Of a stretch of 64,000 nucleotides of DNA, positions 1 through 14,200 are shown piece by piece. The stretch's first letter is position 1, and every line of letters begins with the position of its first letter. The notes beneath the pieces are model-generated. The model ran no database searches. It was not told where the DNA came from and was given only the letters and a program-made list of their open reading frames with translations. The position numbers and the translations under genes are program-made. Source of the stretch: the human T2T-CHM13v2.0 reference genome, Homo sapiens; assembly GCF_009914755.1 (NCBI RefSeq), contig NC_060925.1; one strand, 5' to 3'.

Positions 1-19
1 TTTGGTATAGACTGGGCAG

Positions 20-80
20 TTATGATTATCTCATTTTGCAGATGAAGAAGGTTAAATGATTTGTCCAAGATCATGTTGCT
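20..80 (-). mobile_element. MIR SINE fragment
   Basis: 'attatctcattttgcagatgaagaaggttaaatgatttgtccaagatca' matches the reverse-strand MIR core. Confidence 0.6.
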
Positions 81-204
81 ATGATAACTTTCTTCCAACT
101 CCAAATTTTATTCTTGTTCCAATACATATGCAGTTTACTTTACTATGCCCTTGACTTCTATGGTAAATTCATACTTAAAATTCAAAGAAAATGATCAGTT
201 AAAA

Positions 205-410
205 GCTAACAGCTAATGATTATTGAGAACTTGCCCTGTTCCAGGCCCTGTTTTAATTACTTTACACCACCGTAGTTAATCCTAACGCTATTCCTAGGGA
301 GAAGGCACTATCTTGATTCTCATTTTACTGATGAGGAACAAAGGCTGGCAGGGGTTGGTGGGTCTGGAACTAAGACTCAAGTGTGTTTGGCACAGGAGCC
401 TATGCTTTGC
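205..410 (-). mobile_element. MIR SINE
   Basis: 'ttattgagaacttgccctgttccaggccctgtt...ctcattttactgatgaggaac' resembles the reverse complement of the MIR consensus. Confidence 0.75.
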
Positions 411-422
411 CACATTGTTGTT

Positions 423-938
423 TGTCTCCATTATCTATTGCTCCTGTAAAAAATTACCACAAACTCGGTGCTTAAAACAATGCAAATGTATTATCTTATA
501 GTTCTGGAGGTCAAAAGTCCAACACGAGTATCATTGGGCTGAAATCAAGGTGTAGGCAGGGCTGCATTCCTTCTGCAGGCTCTAGGGAAGAATCCACTTC
601 TTTGCCTTTTCTGTTTTTTTTTTTAAGGCCAGTCACATTCCTTGGCTCCTGGCCCCCTTCCATCTTCAAAGCCTGCAATGTTTACCGGGTTTCATGCTGC
701 TGTCTCTGTTGGGTCTCCCTGATGTCCCCTTATAATGACCTTTGTAGTTATATCAAGCACACTTGGATGATCCAGGCTAATCTCCCTATTTTAAGGTCTG
801 CTAATTAGCAATGTTAATTCCATCTGCAACTTTAATTTCCCTTGGCCAGGTAACCTGACGTATTCACAGGTTACAGAGATTAGGACATGGACATCTTTGG
901 TGGTTAGGAAGGGTGGGGGCATCGCTCCGCCTACCACA
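423..938 (-). mobile_element. MLT1D-like solo LTR (ERVL-MaLR)
   Basis: Contains 'aattaccacaaact..ttctggaggtcaaaagtcc..aatcaaggtgt' and ends '..ggacatctttgg..cctaccaca'; flanks ttgtt/ctgtt look like a 5-bp TSD. Confidence 0.85.
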
Positions 939-1529
939 CTGTTCTTTCTCTTTTTATAGAAGGCAAGATTTAGAATGCAGTACTGTATCTACTTAGGCAG
1001 AAAGTGTTACCCGAATATTTTAGAAAGGCTTTAAAAAATAGATCTGTAAACAAAAATGACTCGGTTGACAATGAAACAAGAAAATATGATTTTAATTAAA
1101 CAACCTGGGTTTGCACTACTGTGCAGTTTACAAAGTGTTTTCACACACATCTGATCCTCGTAGATAACCTTTGCAGTAACTAGGAAAGATCTGACAGTTA
1201 ACTAACCCCCTCCCGCCCTCCTTTTCTTGCTTTCTTTTTCTTTTTCTTTTTTTTCCTCCTTTGGTTCACAAATGTTTTTCCTAAAATAAATCATACTGTG
1301 CAGGCCTAGTAAAAATTATAATTTTAACCTAAAATAAATATATTAAAATTTTCCACAGCTTTCTATTACTTTTTGGTTTAGTTTTCAAGGAACTCTGTCT
1401 GTGGGAGGAATTCTAAGTATCATTTACAGATGGCAGTTTCTTGAGCTGGTTTAATCACGTCAATGAGAGGAAAATGAGAAGAAGGTATTGTTGGGAGAAG
1501 TAAGAATGAAGTTGCTAAAAAAGTGGGCA

Positions 1530-1697
1530 CTTATTCATTTGAGAAAACCATATTGAGCACTTGCTATAGGCCAGGTATTTTTCTGGGATCTAGGGATATA
1601 GTAATGAATAAAACAGTCAAGAGTCCCTGTCTTGGGAGCATAGACATCCATTTCTAGAAGAAGAGATTGATAATGGACAAATTAACAAGCATATATC

Positions 1698-1747
<50 letters not shown>

Positions 1748-3320
1748 CACACACACACACACATAATATTTAGCAATGATAGATATTGGGAATTCTGGTG
1801 GCAGAATTGTTATTTAATATGGAATGGCCAGAAAAGACCTCCCTGGCAAAGTACCATGTGAACAGAGACCTGAAGAAAATAAAAGATACAACCAGTGTTT
1901 ATGTGGGGAAGAGTGTTTCAGACACGGGGAATAGCCAGCCCAAAGACCCTTAGGTGAGAATGTGTTTACAATATTTGAAGAAGAACAAATAAATGGAGCA
2001 GAGGAAGCAAACTAGAGAGAAATAAGAGATGAGTTCCGAGACGTGATGTGGACCAAACCATAAGCAAACATTTGAGGAATTTGGTTTTTAATCTGAGTGT
2101 GATAAGGATCCACTGGAGGATTTGAGAGCAGAGACGTGATGTGATCTGACTTTAGTTTTGAAAGGATCACTCTGCCTGTTGAGGATGGGGAAGAAAACAA
2201 GGGATGGGGAAGAGAGACCCGTTAAGAGGCTATTAAAATATCCTACCTGATGGTAGCAGCAGAGGTGGAGAAGGGGTCAGATTGTGAGTGTATTTTGAAG
2301 GTGGACCTGTGAAGATGACTGATGAAGGGGAAATGGGGTATGAGAGAAAAGGAAGACCCAAATATAACATCAAGATTTTTAACCTGAGCAGCTGAAAGAT
2401 GAGTTGATATTTACAGATGAATAAGATTGGGGACAGAGTAAGTTCAAAGAAGCGAATGAGGATTATGTCTTTGGACATGTTAGGATTGAGTGGCCTATTG
2501 GGCACTTGAGTATCAATATAAAAAAGAGAGTTGGATATGCAAGTTTGGACTTCAAAACTGGAAATACAAGTTGGGAGTCATCAAAAGATTGGTTCTTGGT
2601 GTGCACTGGTATTTAGACATTGGAGAACAGAGGAAAAGATCAGCAAAAGAGACTGAGGAGGGGCCAGTGGAGACAGGAAGTCAAGTACAGAAAGTACTTC
2701 CAGAAAAAGAGAATGAAAACGCAACTGGTAGAGGGAAAAACATAGGGCTGAAAATGAACGATTGGATTTTTAATATAGAGGTTTTATAACTTTGACAAGA
2801 GTTTTTGCAGCCCGTGGCATGGTGAAGATGAAACTGATTGAGGTAAGCTCAAGAGTGATATGGGGGAGGAAGTAAAGACAGCAAGTATAGACATCTTTTA
2901 GGAATGATTTCTATAAAGGGAGGCAATAAAATGGTACAGTAATGGACAGCATCATATTTCAAGGGAAATTTTTTCTAAAAATGGGAGGCTGATAGGAAAG
3001 AATGAATAGAGAGGAGAAATTGATGATGCAGGTGGAGGACAGTTGAGCAGGTGAGAGTGCATGGAGGTGCAGCCCAGGGAAGCATTGGCCTTCCCTAGGA
3101 CCATGGAAAGTGACCAGAGGGAAGGCATAGGATGCCAGCAGAGGCAGATAGATTGGTGGATATGGTAGGGGCATGTGGTACTTCTGAGAACTTCTAATAG
3201 CTCAGTGAAATAAGATTTAAGGTCATCAGCTGACAATGAAAAGAGGAGATGGGATGTGGAGTGTTTAAAGTAAAGAAAAGCTATCATGTAAGAGAGTAGG
3301 AAAGTGAGTACACTAGGAAA
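1530..3320 (-). mobile_element. L2 (L2a-like) LINE, ~1.8 kb degraded 3' portion
   Basis: L2 3' end 'attcatt..attgagcacttgctataggccagg', then purine-rich antisense L2 body; ORF 2012-2200 has L2 ORF2-like 'KSDHITSLL'. Confidence 0.8.
1691..1763. repeat. Compound microsatellite (AT)n(GT)14(AT)4(AC)8
   Basis: Read directly from the sequence. Confidence 0.97.
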
Positions 3321-4594
3321 ATGTGATTTCCACTAGGATTTCTGGTTAAATTTCAGCTTGGGTCTGTTTGTCTTTAGCTTTCCCTGGTAAAGGAGGTTAA
3401 AAATCAATCATAATAATTGGTGCTATAACATTTTTAAATTTTCAAAAATCCCTCTCTCTGGATCATAATAAAATATTATGAGGGAAGTCTTTAATGTGGT
3501 CCACTTTCTAGGGGTATTTGCATTTTCAACAGTAGGAGAAAGCCTTACCCAATGCCTGGTGACTTAATAATGGAATTTCAGGCTTTGGAAATAAGGTTGT
3601 TGGGGAAATATTTTTGGGGAGTGGGTCCAATTCCTGTTCCTTAAATACCAGTATATTGTTATCAAATGATGCACAAATTTGGAGCTTTACAGAAAAACAG
3701 TTGTAATTTCTGATATTCTTGATAGAGGCTATTAGTTAATGGCAGCATGAGCATGCCACTCAACTGCTCTAGAAACAAAATAATAGGAACAAGGAGATGT
3801 TTAAGGGGGTAGGTTGATTGTAAATCTTCTTTGTTACTGTCTTCTGGTTTTCTTTTAAAGCTGTGATTCTTTCCCAGGGTTTCTCACCAAAGAAAATGAT
3901 AAGCATCTCAATGATTCCCAATATTTTCTCTTTGTAGTCCTTTGGCCCATCATTAGGATGCCAAACTTCTAACACCTTTGGAAAATGACAATATGGTGGT
4001 ATCCTCATAGCACAAGACACTAATTCTGGTCACTGCTTCCATTTAATAAAGACAAGGAAATGTCTTTCTCTCTCTTAAATGGCAGAGCTAACCTTATAAT
4101 CTGTCATAGCTTTGCTAAAGCAAGAAAATTCTGAAAAAATCTTCTGACACATTTTTCAAGACTTCTGGAAAAATAGTATATAAAGAACCAAGAGAGGCTG
4201 ACATAAAATGAAGACAGCTTACTGTTCTGTCTTTTTCCTTAATTGGATATGCTGTTTTATAAGAAGCTCTATTTTATTTTCATGTACTGCAAGGAAGAGC
4301 AGCATAGCTTGATTAAACTACAAAGATCTTCACTGGTGCTTTAACACAGTTATTCTATGTTAGAGCTCATGATGTGGACATAGAAGTCCAGAGAGGTTGA
4401 GGGGCATGATAATGTTTTCTGATCCAGGCTACAGTGGGAGTCTTGGATCCTGACTGGACTGTTCCCAAACAGAAACCCAAAGGTAAATAGCATAAAATAT
4501 AATGCAATAGAAAGGCGACATTCATTGTTTTTAACATTTATAATTTATTGGTTTTTTATCACTGAGTCATTATCTCGTTTCTTATTTATTTAAC

Positions 4595-4720
4595 CATGTA
4601 CCCTATTAAACAAGCATTTATTAAGTATCTACATGGTACTTAGACTTCATGCTAGATGCTGAGGATACAGAGATTAGTCAGCGATATTCCTTACCCTCGT
4701 GTAGCACACAATCTAATCTT
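4595..4720 (-). mobile_element. L2 3' end fragment
   Basis: 'aacaagcatttattaagtatctac..atgctagatgctgaggatacagag'. Confidence 0.65.
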
Positions 4721-4734
4721 CCAAAGTAGCCAAC

Positions 4735-5184
4735 AGTAGTGGGATGAATCACGTCCCTGCCAAAGTTCACAACAACCCGGAATCTCAAAGTGTGACCTTA
4801 TTTGGAAATAAAGTTTTGCAGATATAATCAAGTTAATATAAGGTCAAACTGCATCAGGGTGGGTCCTAATCCAATGGCTGGTGTCCTCAAAAGAAGAGGA
4901 AAATTTGGACACAGACACACACAGAAGGGAGGTGGTTATGTGACGTCCAAGCAGAGATTGGAGTTATGCTCCACAGACCTCTTGCCAAGGATCGCTGACA
5001 ACCACCACTAGCTAGGCAGAGGCAAAGAAGCATGATCCTCTAGAGCCTTCAGAGAGAGAGAGTGGCACTTCCCACACCTTGATTTCAGATTTCCAGCCTC
5101 CAGAACCGCAAGACAGTAATTTCTCTTGTTTTAAACTACGTAGTTTGTGGTCATTTGCTATGGCAGCCTTAGCAAACTAATATA
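4735..5184 (+). mobile_element. MLT1C solo LTR (ERVL-MaLR)
   Basis: 'gtgaccttatttggaaata..aagaagaggaaaatttggacacagac..cagcctccagaac..gcagccttagcaaactaatata', ~450 bp. Confidence 0.9.
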
Positions 5185-6007
5185 GATACTTATATTTTGA
5201 TACATTTACACTGATCTCCAAATAGCTTCTTCCTTCCCTTTTTCTTTCATGAAATCATTCCATTTAAATAGAAAAACTTGCAAACAAGTGCTTTGTTACA
5301 AGTTGATTTAAGATGCTCTATGGAGACCCATCCTCATTTTTCCACTCATCTTTATCAGTACTTTTGCCTTCATTCAGAGTGGATGCTTTTTTTTTTTTAA
5401 GTACATCTATTTGACAGTTTGCTTTCATAGTGAAAGTATTTTTGTGGTGGAAATAAAGGCTGTTAGTAGAAGACTTACTAGAAGCTAAAGGCTTTTTTTT
5501 TTTTTAACTGAACAGCATGTGAATGGTTTCAAATTTTTTCCTGAATTTCAAATACTTTTTGTGAGAAGCAAAGATGGAAGGAAAATGATATCATGGCTTC
5601 TTAAAATTAAATGAAATTTCTACTTGGCCACGTCTTAATAAACAGAAGCCAGCTAAGCCATATTTCTTTTATCTGCACAAAATGAATGGCATTTCAATCA
5701 ATAGATCCAACAGCAAAGAGCAAGCCATGGTACTTACAGCTGCCAATGTCAAATATAGTAAGTACTCAAGAATACATTGGCAGGGACAAGTTTTGTGCAA
5801 ATGCTGTTTCGTGAAAAGCAAATTCTCATAGTAATTGTTGGTGACCATGGAGATGATGTTCTAAATTAACATTGTACGATTATTGATTTGGAGGTAGGAA
5901 ATGCATTTATTCCAAAAGCTCATTACCTAGCAACCACTGAGGCAGAGAGTCACCCAATCAGAAATAATCTTTCTCATAGAACTATGGAGGTCAAATTATA
6001 TGTACGA

Positions 6008-6030
6008 TGTGTGTGTGTGTGTGTGTGTGT
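6008..6030. repeat. (TG)11 microsatellite
   Basis: Read directly from the sequence. Confidence 0.95.
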
Positions 6031-6750
6031 TCAAAAATGGCCATGGATATTCTATTATATGCAGGTCTATTACTTTTCAAACCTGTTCAAAACTAGATTG
6101 TTTTATAAAAATAAGAAAAAGCATTAAAAGGTCTATTAGGTGCTTGGGAAATGGAAAAAGTATAAATTACTTGCATAGGTTAGGTAATTTTTATGTTTTC
6201 TTCAGGGACAGACCTTTTTTCATCTTGTCTTTTCTACGTCCTCTCTTCTATTGCACACACACACTCTTTTTTCTCTCTCTCTTCTCTCAGGACTAACCAG
6301 GTACAACATCTCAGAACTTAAATATACAGAACTATATGGCCAACACAACCTCGTCTCATGTGGTATTTCTTTTAGAATACTTCTTTCTGTGATAGTTTCC
6401 TGAGATAATGATACTCAAAATTAATCAGAAAATCTCAACTTGATGTAAAACAAAATGTAACTGGTTTTCCCTGAGGTGAATGATTTCATGAGGTACAGCC
6501 ATTGTGAGGTGTCAAGTCTAAGTTTACTTGTTTAACTCATGGAGTTAAATAGTAAACCACAAGAAAATAATGTTCTTCAATGATGATAAATGTTTGCGCA
6601 TCTACTTTAAGATTCTTCTAATTTTCTCTCAGATTTTAATGTAGTGGAAAAAAATTTGATGTCATGGTATAAAAGTGGAGTTTTTTTTGTTTTGTTTTGT
6701 TTTTTCTTCGAGATCGCAGGGACATGTATCTTAAAAAATATGTTTTAATA

Positions 6751-7140
<390 letters not shown>

Positions 7141-7217
7141 AAATACATAACTGGAAACACAAGAATATATATAACTTGAGGTTAAGATCCTTAGCTGAAA
7201 CTAGTAATGTGTTCCAT

Positions 7218-7325
7218 AACTCATCCATTAACAAATATTTATTTGTTATTAACAAATATTGAGGTCCAGTCATTGAGAATTTAGTAGTTAAAAAAAAATT
7301 CCTGCCTTTGTGTAGTGCACATTTC
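7218..7325 (-). mobile_element. L2 3' end fragment
   Basis: 'tcatccattaacaaatatttatt..gag..cctgcctttgtgtagtgcacatt'. Confidence 0.55.
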
Positions 7326-7397
7326 ATGATGACTCTAATTGTATTATAAACTAAACATTTAGCGAAAGGTGTATATAAGTTTGAGCAATGTAACTGG

Positions 7398-8845
7398 ACT
7401 TTTTATTGAAGGGAAATTTATATATAGTGTCATGTACAGACAGGAAGTGAACAATTCAATGAGTTTTGATAAATATATACACCTGTGTTAAGCACAACTG
7501 TTGTCAAACTACAGCACATTTCCAGAATTTTCCCTGGTGCACTTTGCCACTGAGTTTATACCCCACAGGAGAGATCACCGTTCTAATTTCTATCACCACA
7601 GATTGCTTTGGCTTGTTCTTACACTTCATATAAATGAAATTATAGAGTACACACTCTTTCATGTCTTGCTTCTTTCACTCAGCATGAGGTTTTTGAGATT
7701 CATTCATGTTATATCAGTAGTTCATTCCTTTTTATTGCTTAGCGTTATTTCATTGTATGAATATACCACAATTTGTTTATCCATTCAAATGTTGATGGAC
7801 ATTCGGGTTGTTTCCAGTTTTTGGTTCTTATGAATAAAGCTGCTATAAACAATCTGGTATAATTTTTTTTCCATACAAGTCTGTTGTCAGATATATGCAC
7901 TGTGAATCTTTTCTCCCAGACTGTAGCTTGCATTTTCATTTCTTAACCATGTCTTTTGATGAGCAGAAGTTTTTCATTTTGATGAAGTCAATTTGTCAAT
8001 TTTTTCTTTTATGATCAGTGCTTTTTGTCTCATCTTTATGAAAGCTTTGCCTCCTTGAACCACAAAGGCATTCTGTTTTCCTCTAGATTTAGAGTTTCAG
8101 CTTTTGCTTTTAGGTCTATAGACCAGTTCAAGTTAATATTTCTGTGAGGTGGAAGTCAAAGTTAATTTCTTCCTCATCTAATTACTGCATCATTTTTGGA
8201 AGAGATTATTCTTTTCTCATTGAATTGCTGTGGGGCATTTGTCAAAAATCCACATACTTGATCATATGTTTCTAGACTCTCTATTCTGTTTCGCTGATCC
8301 TTTAAAAAATTTTATGCAATACCATACTTTTCATAGTAAACATTGAAATCAGGCAGTGTGAGTTGAAATTTTTTCTTCTTTTTTTTTAATATTGTTTTGG
8401 CTATTATAGACTCTTTTCACATAGATTTAAGAGTCAACTTTGTGGTATCTATTTTAAAAAGCTCACTGGAAGTTTTATTGAAATCGTGTTGATCAATTTA
8501 AGGAGAATTGACATTGTAATGATATTTAGTCTTCCATCCCATAAACATGGTATATGTCTTGGTTTATGTAGATCTTCTTTTATTTCTGTCAGAAATGATG
8601 TATACTTTTATATATCTTTTGGTAAATTTATTCCTATTTTCTATTTCTTGGTGCTATTTTAAATCGAATGAATCAGTTTAAATTTCACTTGTCAAGTATT
8701 TGCTGTTGATACATGAAAATTTAATTAACTTTGCATATTAATCTTGTATCATTTGAACTTGCTAAATGTACTTATTAGCTTTGTTTTATAAATCCCTTAG
8801 GATTTTCTATGTAAAGATGATATTGTCTGCAAATAAAGACAGTTA
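7398..8845 (-). mobile_element. Old L1M (L1MD/L1ME-type) 3' fragment with internal deletion
   Basis: L1 3'UTR then ORF2 remnants; ORF 7745-7939 gives 'LFIAALFIRTKNWKQPECPS..WINKLWYIHTM' (L1 ORF2 C-terminus) fused to 'ATVWEKRF', which marks a deletion near 7870. Confidence 0.85.
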
Positions 8846-8998
8846 TAACTAAATTTTCAAAATCTTATTAGGAAATATAATGTTACTGAGGTACAAAAAA
8901 TTAAGGATGTAAGTATAAAAATGAGCCACTAAGCCTTCACCATTTCAAAGTTATGTGATGAATCTGAGACAGAGTTTATTTATATCCTTATTTACCTA

Positions 8999-9634
<636 letters not shown>

Positions 9635-9804
9635 GATCTAGAGGATAAAAAAATATAGAAACAAAGGACTTGTAGTTAAATGACTCTGTATTTTGTCTTT
9701 CTACAAATGCACAGAACCTGATTTAAAAAAGCTTTAAAATTTTACTTTCTTAAGGCGCATATTGTGATATTGCGGACACTTTTCATTGTTAAGTACTATT
9801 TTAG

Positions 9805-10085
9805 GAAGACAGTTACAGTAATTGAGAGCCCAAGCTCTAAAGCTAGACTAATTGTTTTTCTATGTTTCCTCCATTGCTTACTATTTGAGCTTGGGCCAGT
9901 TACTCATTCCCTCTTTGCATTCATTTCGAAAATGTTACTTCATCTCTAAAATGGGGACAATAATATTACCTATCACATAGAACTTCTGTGAGTTAAATAA
10001 TATAAAACTTAGAGAAGTTAAAAGAGATCAAATAGTGCCAGTCTGCACTGGCACATAGTAAGCAGTCAAGAAATATTAGCTATAA
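9805..10085 (+). mobile_element. MIR SINE
   Basis: 'catctctaaaatggggacaataatattacctatcacatag..ctggcacatagtaagcagtcaagaaatattagctat'. Confidence 0.8.
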
Positions 10086-10099
10086 TGAGTATTCACAGA

Positions 10100-10139
10100 G
10101 TGTGTGTGTGTGTGTGTATGTGTGTGTGTATGTGTGTGT
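10100..10139. repeat. Interrupted (TG)n microsatellite
   Basis: Read directly from the sequence. Confidence 0.9.
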
Positions 10140-11383
10140 AAACACCTTGTGTATGACCTGAGTGAAAAATGAATCCAGTGGAAAGATGTGTTCACTTATG
10201 TCCCTTTTCGTTGGTCTTATGGTTAAACTGAGCTGCATATATCGTATTGATATATTAAAGTGGAGTAATTAGGAACATGACACTTATGAAGAATGTGTCT
10301 GTGGAACCGACCAAAGAAGCAGCTGCCTAGGCTGGTCAGCCAGGAGAGGTTCCATCTAGGGATCTCAAAATCACTCTGTATTTGGAGCTGAATGGACTTT
10401 TCAGACATTTTCTATGGATACATTTGCTCTAATTTCTATTCCTGGTCCCTAGCTGCTAGTAACCTCTGCTGCCGCTATTGACATCTGGCAGCTCTCTGGT
10501 TCAGTAACTTAAGTCAAATTACCTTTTTCTCTTTGTTTTAATAACTATTCCCTCATAGCCTCCTCTCTCGAAGCCAGAGACAGGCCAGAATTTAAAAAAA
10601 GAAGCCCCTCTGAGGCAAAGTCTTAGATTTTTGAAAGAATCTATTTTGGACTCACTTTAAAATCCATTCATTTTGATAAATATAATCTAGCATGTGTCTG
10701 GAGCCAGACCAGTAAATTTGTGAAGATTCTCAGCTTCATCTCAGTACTCTCAGAGAGACAATAATTCTGTACTTCGACAGCATAATGAGATTTATTTGCA
10801 CAACTTCCATGAGTGTATCTATAGAATGTTCTTGTGGGGGAGAAGGGTTATTCAAGTGCTATCATCTGACTTTCCTGCTTTCAGTAAATGTTTGCTATTT
10901 GAGATATTTTTCTATGTATGTGTCTCTTAGAGTTTCTTTGCTTTCTGATGTGTTCTCCTCTTGGGAGGCTGGCAGTGTAAGTGGTTGACAAAAAAAAGCT
11001 AATAAATCTGAGGTTAATAGGGCTCTAGACAGCAAAGTACATGGAATAAGGAGTCTCAATAGCTGTGGAGTATTGGTGAAGAAGGAGCTGTCAACAGAAA
11101 GCCTGATTATTGCAAAGGGCAGGACAAAGCTCAGAAAAATTCCAGATCAGTTTTCAATGTGCTGAAGTAGTGCTTCACATCAGCATATTTCTCCCATGGG
11201 ATGTAAAGTTGGAGCAAAAGGAGTCAAACAAAGATACAACTCTCTGTGTGATTTCAGAAATCTTAGCTTGGATTTTAAGGTAGTATATGTATGTGGGATA
11301 CCTTGAGAGGGCTAAATACACAGGAATGAAGAGTGTTCAGGCTCAGGTGCACAATACACCTTAAATGTTGTGTAAAGAACTAA

Positions 11384-11825
11384 CGTATTAGCCAGGGTTC
11401 TCTTAGAGGAACAGAACTAATAGGATAGTATATACATATAAAGGGGAGTTTATTAAGTATTGACTTAATGATCACAAGGTCCTACAATAGGCTGTCTACA
11501 AGCTGGGGAGCAAGGAGAGCCAGTCCAAGTCCCAAAACTGAAGAATTTGGTGTCTGATGTTTGAGGGCAGGAAGCACCCAGCATGGAAGAAACATGTAGG
11601 CTGGGAGCCTAGGCCCGTCTCTCCTTTTCAAATTTTTCTGCCTGCTTTATATTCACTGGAAACTGATTAGATTGTGCCCACCAGATTAAGGGTGGATCTG
11701 CCTTCCACACCCCACTGACTCAAATGCTTATCTCTTTTGGCAACAGCCACACAAAAACATACCCAGGATTCATACTTTATATCCCTCAATCCAATCAAGT
11801 TGACACTCAGTATTTCACCATCGCA
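11384..11825 (-). mobile_element. MLT2A1 solo LTR (ERVL), full length
   Basis: 'gtattagccagggttctcttagagg..caatccaatcaagttgacactcagtattt..ccatcgca', 442 bp; TSD actaa/actag. Confidence 0.9.
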
Positions 11826-12929
11826 ACTAGCATGGTGAAACCTCCTGCATTTTGTAAGAGTTTGTCATTTGTGTTGCTTTTGAGGCTTCATAATTTAGCT
11901 TCTCTCTCCACCTGCAGGGAAATCAGGTACATTTAAATATTAACTGTTTGTGGTTGCACAGCTCGGGTGAATCAGCCCATTCAGCTGGACCTTCTGGTAG
12001 TAACTTGGCTGAATGTGCCGACAGTGGCTGCTGACATCTGGCTGTCATGGTGGCCACCTCGATATTTCTTCAGTCACGTCCTCAGGCGGTGTGAGGAAAA
12101 TGTGTTACTGTGGAGGTAGAGGTGACTTGTTAGTGGGAAGAGGGTTTCTTTTCTTTAAGATCTGAGCATAGAATCTGTGATGGGGATAAAGAAAAGATCT
12201 CACAGCCTCTAATATGGACTATGTAAAAAGAGTAAGTGGTTGAAACATTGTATATCTGAGGAGTGGAATCAGGAAAGAGAGCCTACAGTGTGCCTCTGAC
12301 ATAGGGGCACACTTCCTGAAGAAGCTAGCTGTCTCCGACTTATAACACAGGTGTTGGTTTCCCTTAAACTCAAGAAAACTACCTCTTCAAACATATACAT
12401 TTCTCACATTGAAGAAAGAAAAGCATCTCGTTTAAAGATAACATGTCAAGAATTGGAGTAAACCAAGGCTTCCATATAAATTGTAAGTCTCTCAACATTT
12501 ATTAAGTAGGCAATTTATGCCAAGTTTATTTCTAGATAATGGTGGAAGCAGGGAAGGGTTCTAAACAAGCATGGGTCAAATCCTGCAGCAATCTTCTCCA
12601 GCAGCAATTCCTGGTCTCCTACTTGGTGTCCAGCTTTGTACAAGGCTCTGGTCCATGTGGGTGGGGAAGAACAGATGGGTAGACCTTACAGAATCCGAGG
12701 GGGTGACTGACCAATCCACATACACCTTCTCTGGAGACTGCCATCTAGCTCTGAGAGAGAGAGGGAAGAAAGGGAAGTATCACTGAGAGAGTGAGTGAGC
12801 ACTCTTAGCCCCTGATAGCACTTCACCTTCTGCAGCCTGGCAGCAATGCTTGCCATTGGAGTCACTGGATTGCAATTCTTTTCTAAGAATCAACTTTCCC
12901 TTTTGGCTTATACTAGTTTGAATATTATC

Positions 12930-13210
12930 TTTATTTATTTATTTATTTTTGAGACGGAGTCTTGCTCTGTTGCCCAAGCTGGAATGTAATGACATGATCT
13001 CTGCCTCCTGGGTTCAAGCAATGCTCATTCCTCAGCCTCCCAAGCAGCTGGGATTACAGGGGTCTGCCACCATGCCCGGCTAACTTTTGTATTTTTAGTA
13101 GAGACAGTGTTTCACCATGTTGGCCAGGCTGGTCTCAAGCTCCTGACCTGAACGTCCGCCTCGGCCTCCCAAAGTGCTGGGATTACAGGCATGAGCCACT
13201 GCGCCCAGCC
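12930..13210 (-). mobile_element. AluS with small internal deletions
   Basis: (TTTA)n tail, then 'gagacggagtcttgctctg..ccaaagtgctgggattacaggcatgagccactgcgcccagcc'. Confidence 0.93.
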
Positions 13211-13337
13211 TGGATATCTGTTATCTTTTGATGGAAGCCAGACATGTTTATTATTAAACAAAGGAAAAATGAATAAGTATAAAATTGAAATAGAAATAAT
13301 CCTTTCTACTCTAATTTCCACCTTCCTGCTATACATG

Positions 13338-13348
13338 CATGTGCGTGT

Positions 13349-13380
<32 letters not shown>
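13338..13380. repeat. (TG)n microsatellite
   Basis: Read directly from the sequence. Confidence 0.93.
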
Positions 13381-13519
13381 TTCTTTTTTTGAGCTGCTCA
13401 GGGTACCCCTTCTCTTTTCTTTACCCTTTTTCTCTTTTTAATTTTTCTTGATTTCCTGGCCCTCATAATGATGTCCATGTAAATGAGTCCTTATTTTTTA
13501 TCTTTCATTTCTATCTTTT

Positions 13520-13692
13520 TTAAAATATACTTTAAGTTCTAGGGTGTATGTGCACAAAGTGCAGGTTTGATACATAGGTATACATGTGCTATGTTGGTTT
13601 GCTGCACCCATCAACTCATCATTTACATTAGGTATTTCTCCTAATGCTATCCCTCCCCCAGCCCCTCATCCCCCAACAGGACCCGGTGTGTT
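13520..13692 (-). mobile_element. 5'-truncated L1PA (PA7-like) 3' end with intact TSD
   Basis: 'tactttaagttctaggg..tgcaggtttg..atttacattaggtatttctcctaatgctatccctccccc'; perfect 13-bp TSD atttctatctttt at 13507-13519 and 13693-13705. Confidence 0.92.
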
Positions 13693-13984
13693 ATTTCTAT
13701 CTTTTATGGACATTATGATGTGATAAAATTGGACTAGTCAATGATAGGACAGAAATCTATTTTACACATGTTAATGTATTTGTTATTACTAAACAAATAT
13801 AGCATTTATATAAACCACAGCCTTTGTCTATCTCAATCTCTGCATGTCCAACTCCTATTTCAGTCAGCTTAAATGCTGCATCTTCAGTATGTCTTTCTTA
13901 TTCCTCTTGCTCACTTCATCCTTCTCCTCCTCCTCCCTTTCAAAACTACCTACCATGGCAAGTAATGTCTCTCCTTGAATTTCC

Positions 13985-14200
13985 CACACTATTCTAAGTG
14001 CCTTACATGTGATAACTCATTTAATACTAACCATACCCTATCATGTACATAACCTTGTCATCACTACTATTTGACAGATGAGGAAATTAAATATCAACAG
14101 TCATATAACTTTCCAAAGTTCATGCTATTAGTAAATAACAGATCCAGGGTTCACACCTAGACGGTCTGGTTCAAGGGTCCAGGTTTTTAACCTTATTCTG
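13985..14200 (-). mobile_element. MIR SINE
   Basis: 'attctaagtgccttacatg..aactcatttaat..ttgacagatgaggaaatt'. Confidence 0.75.
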
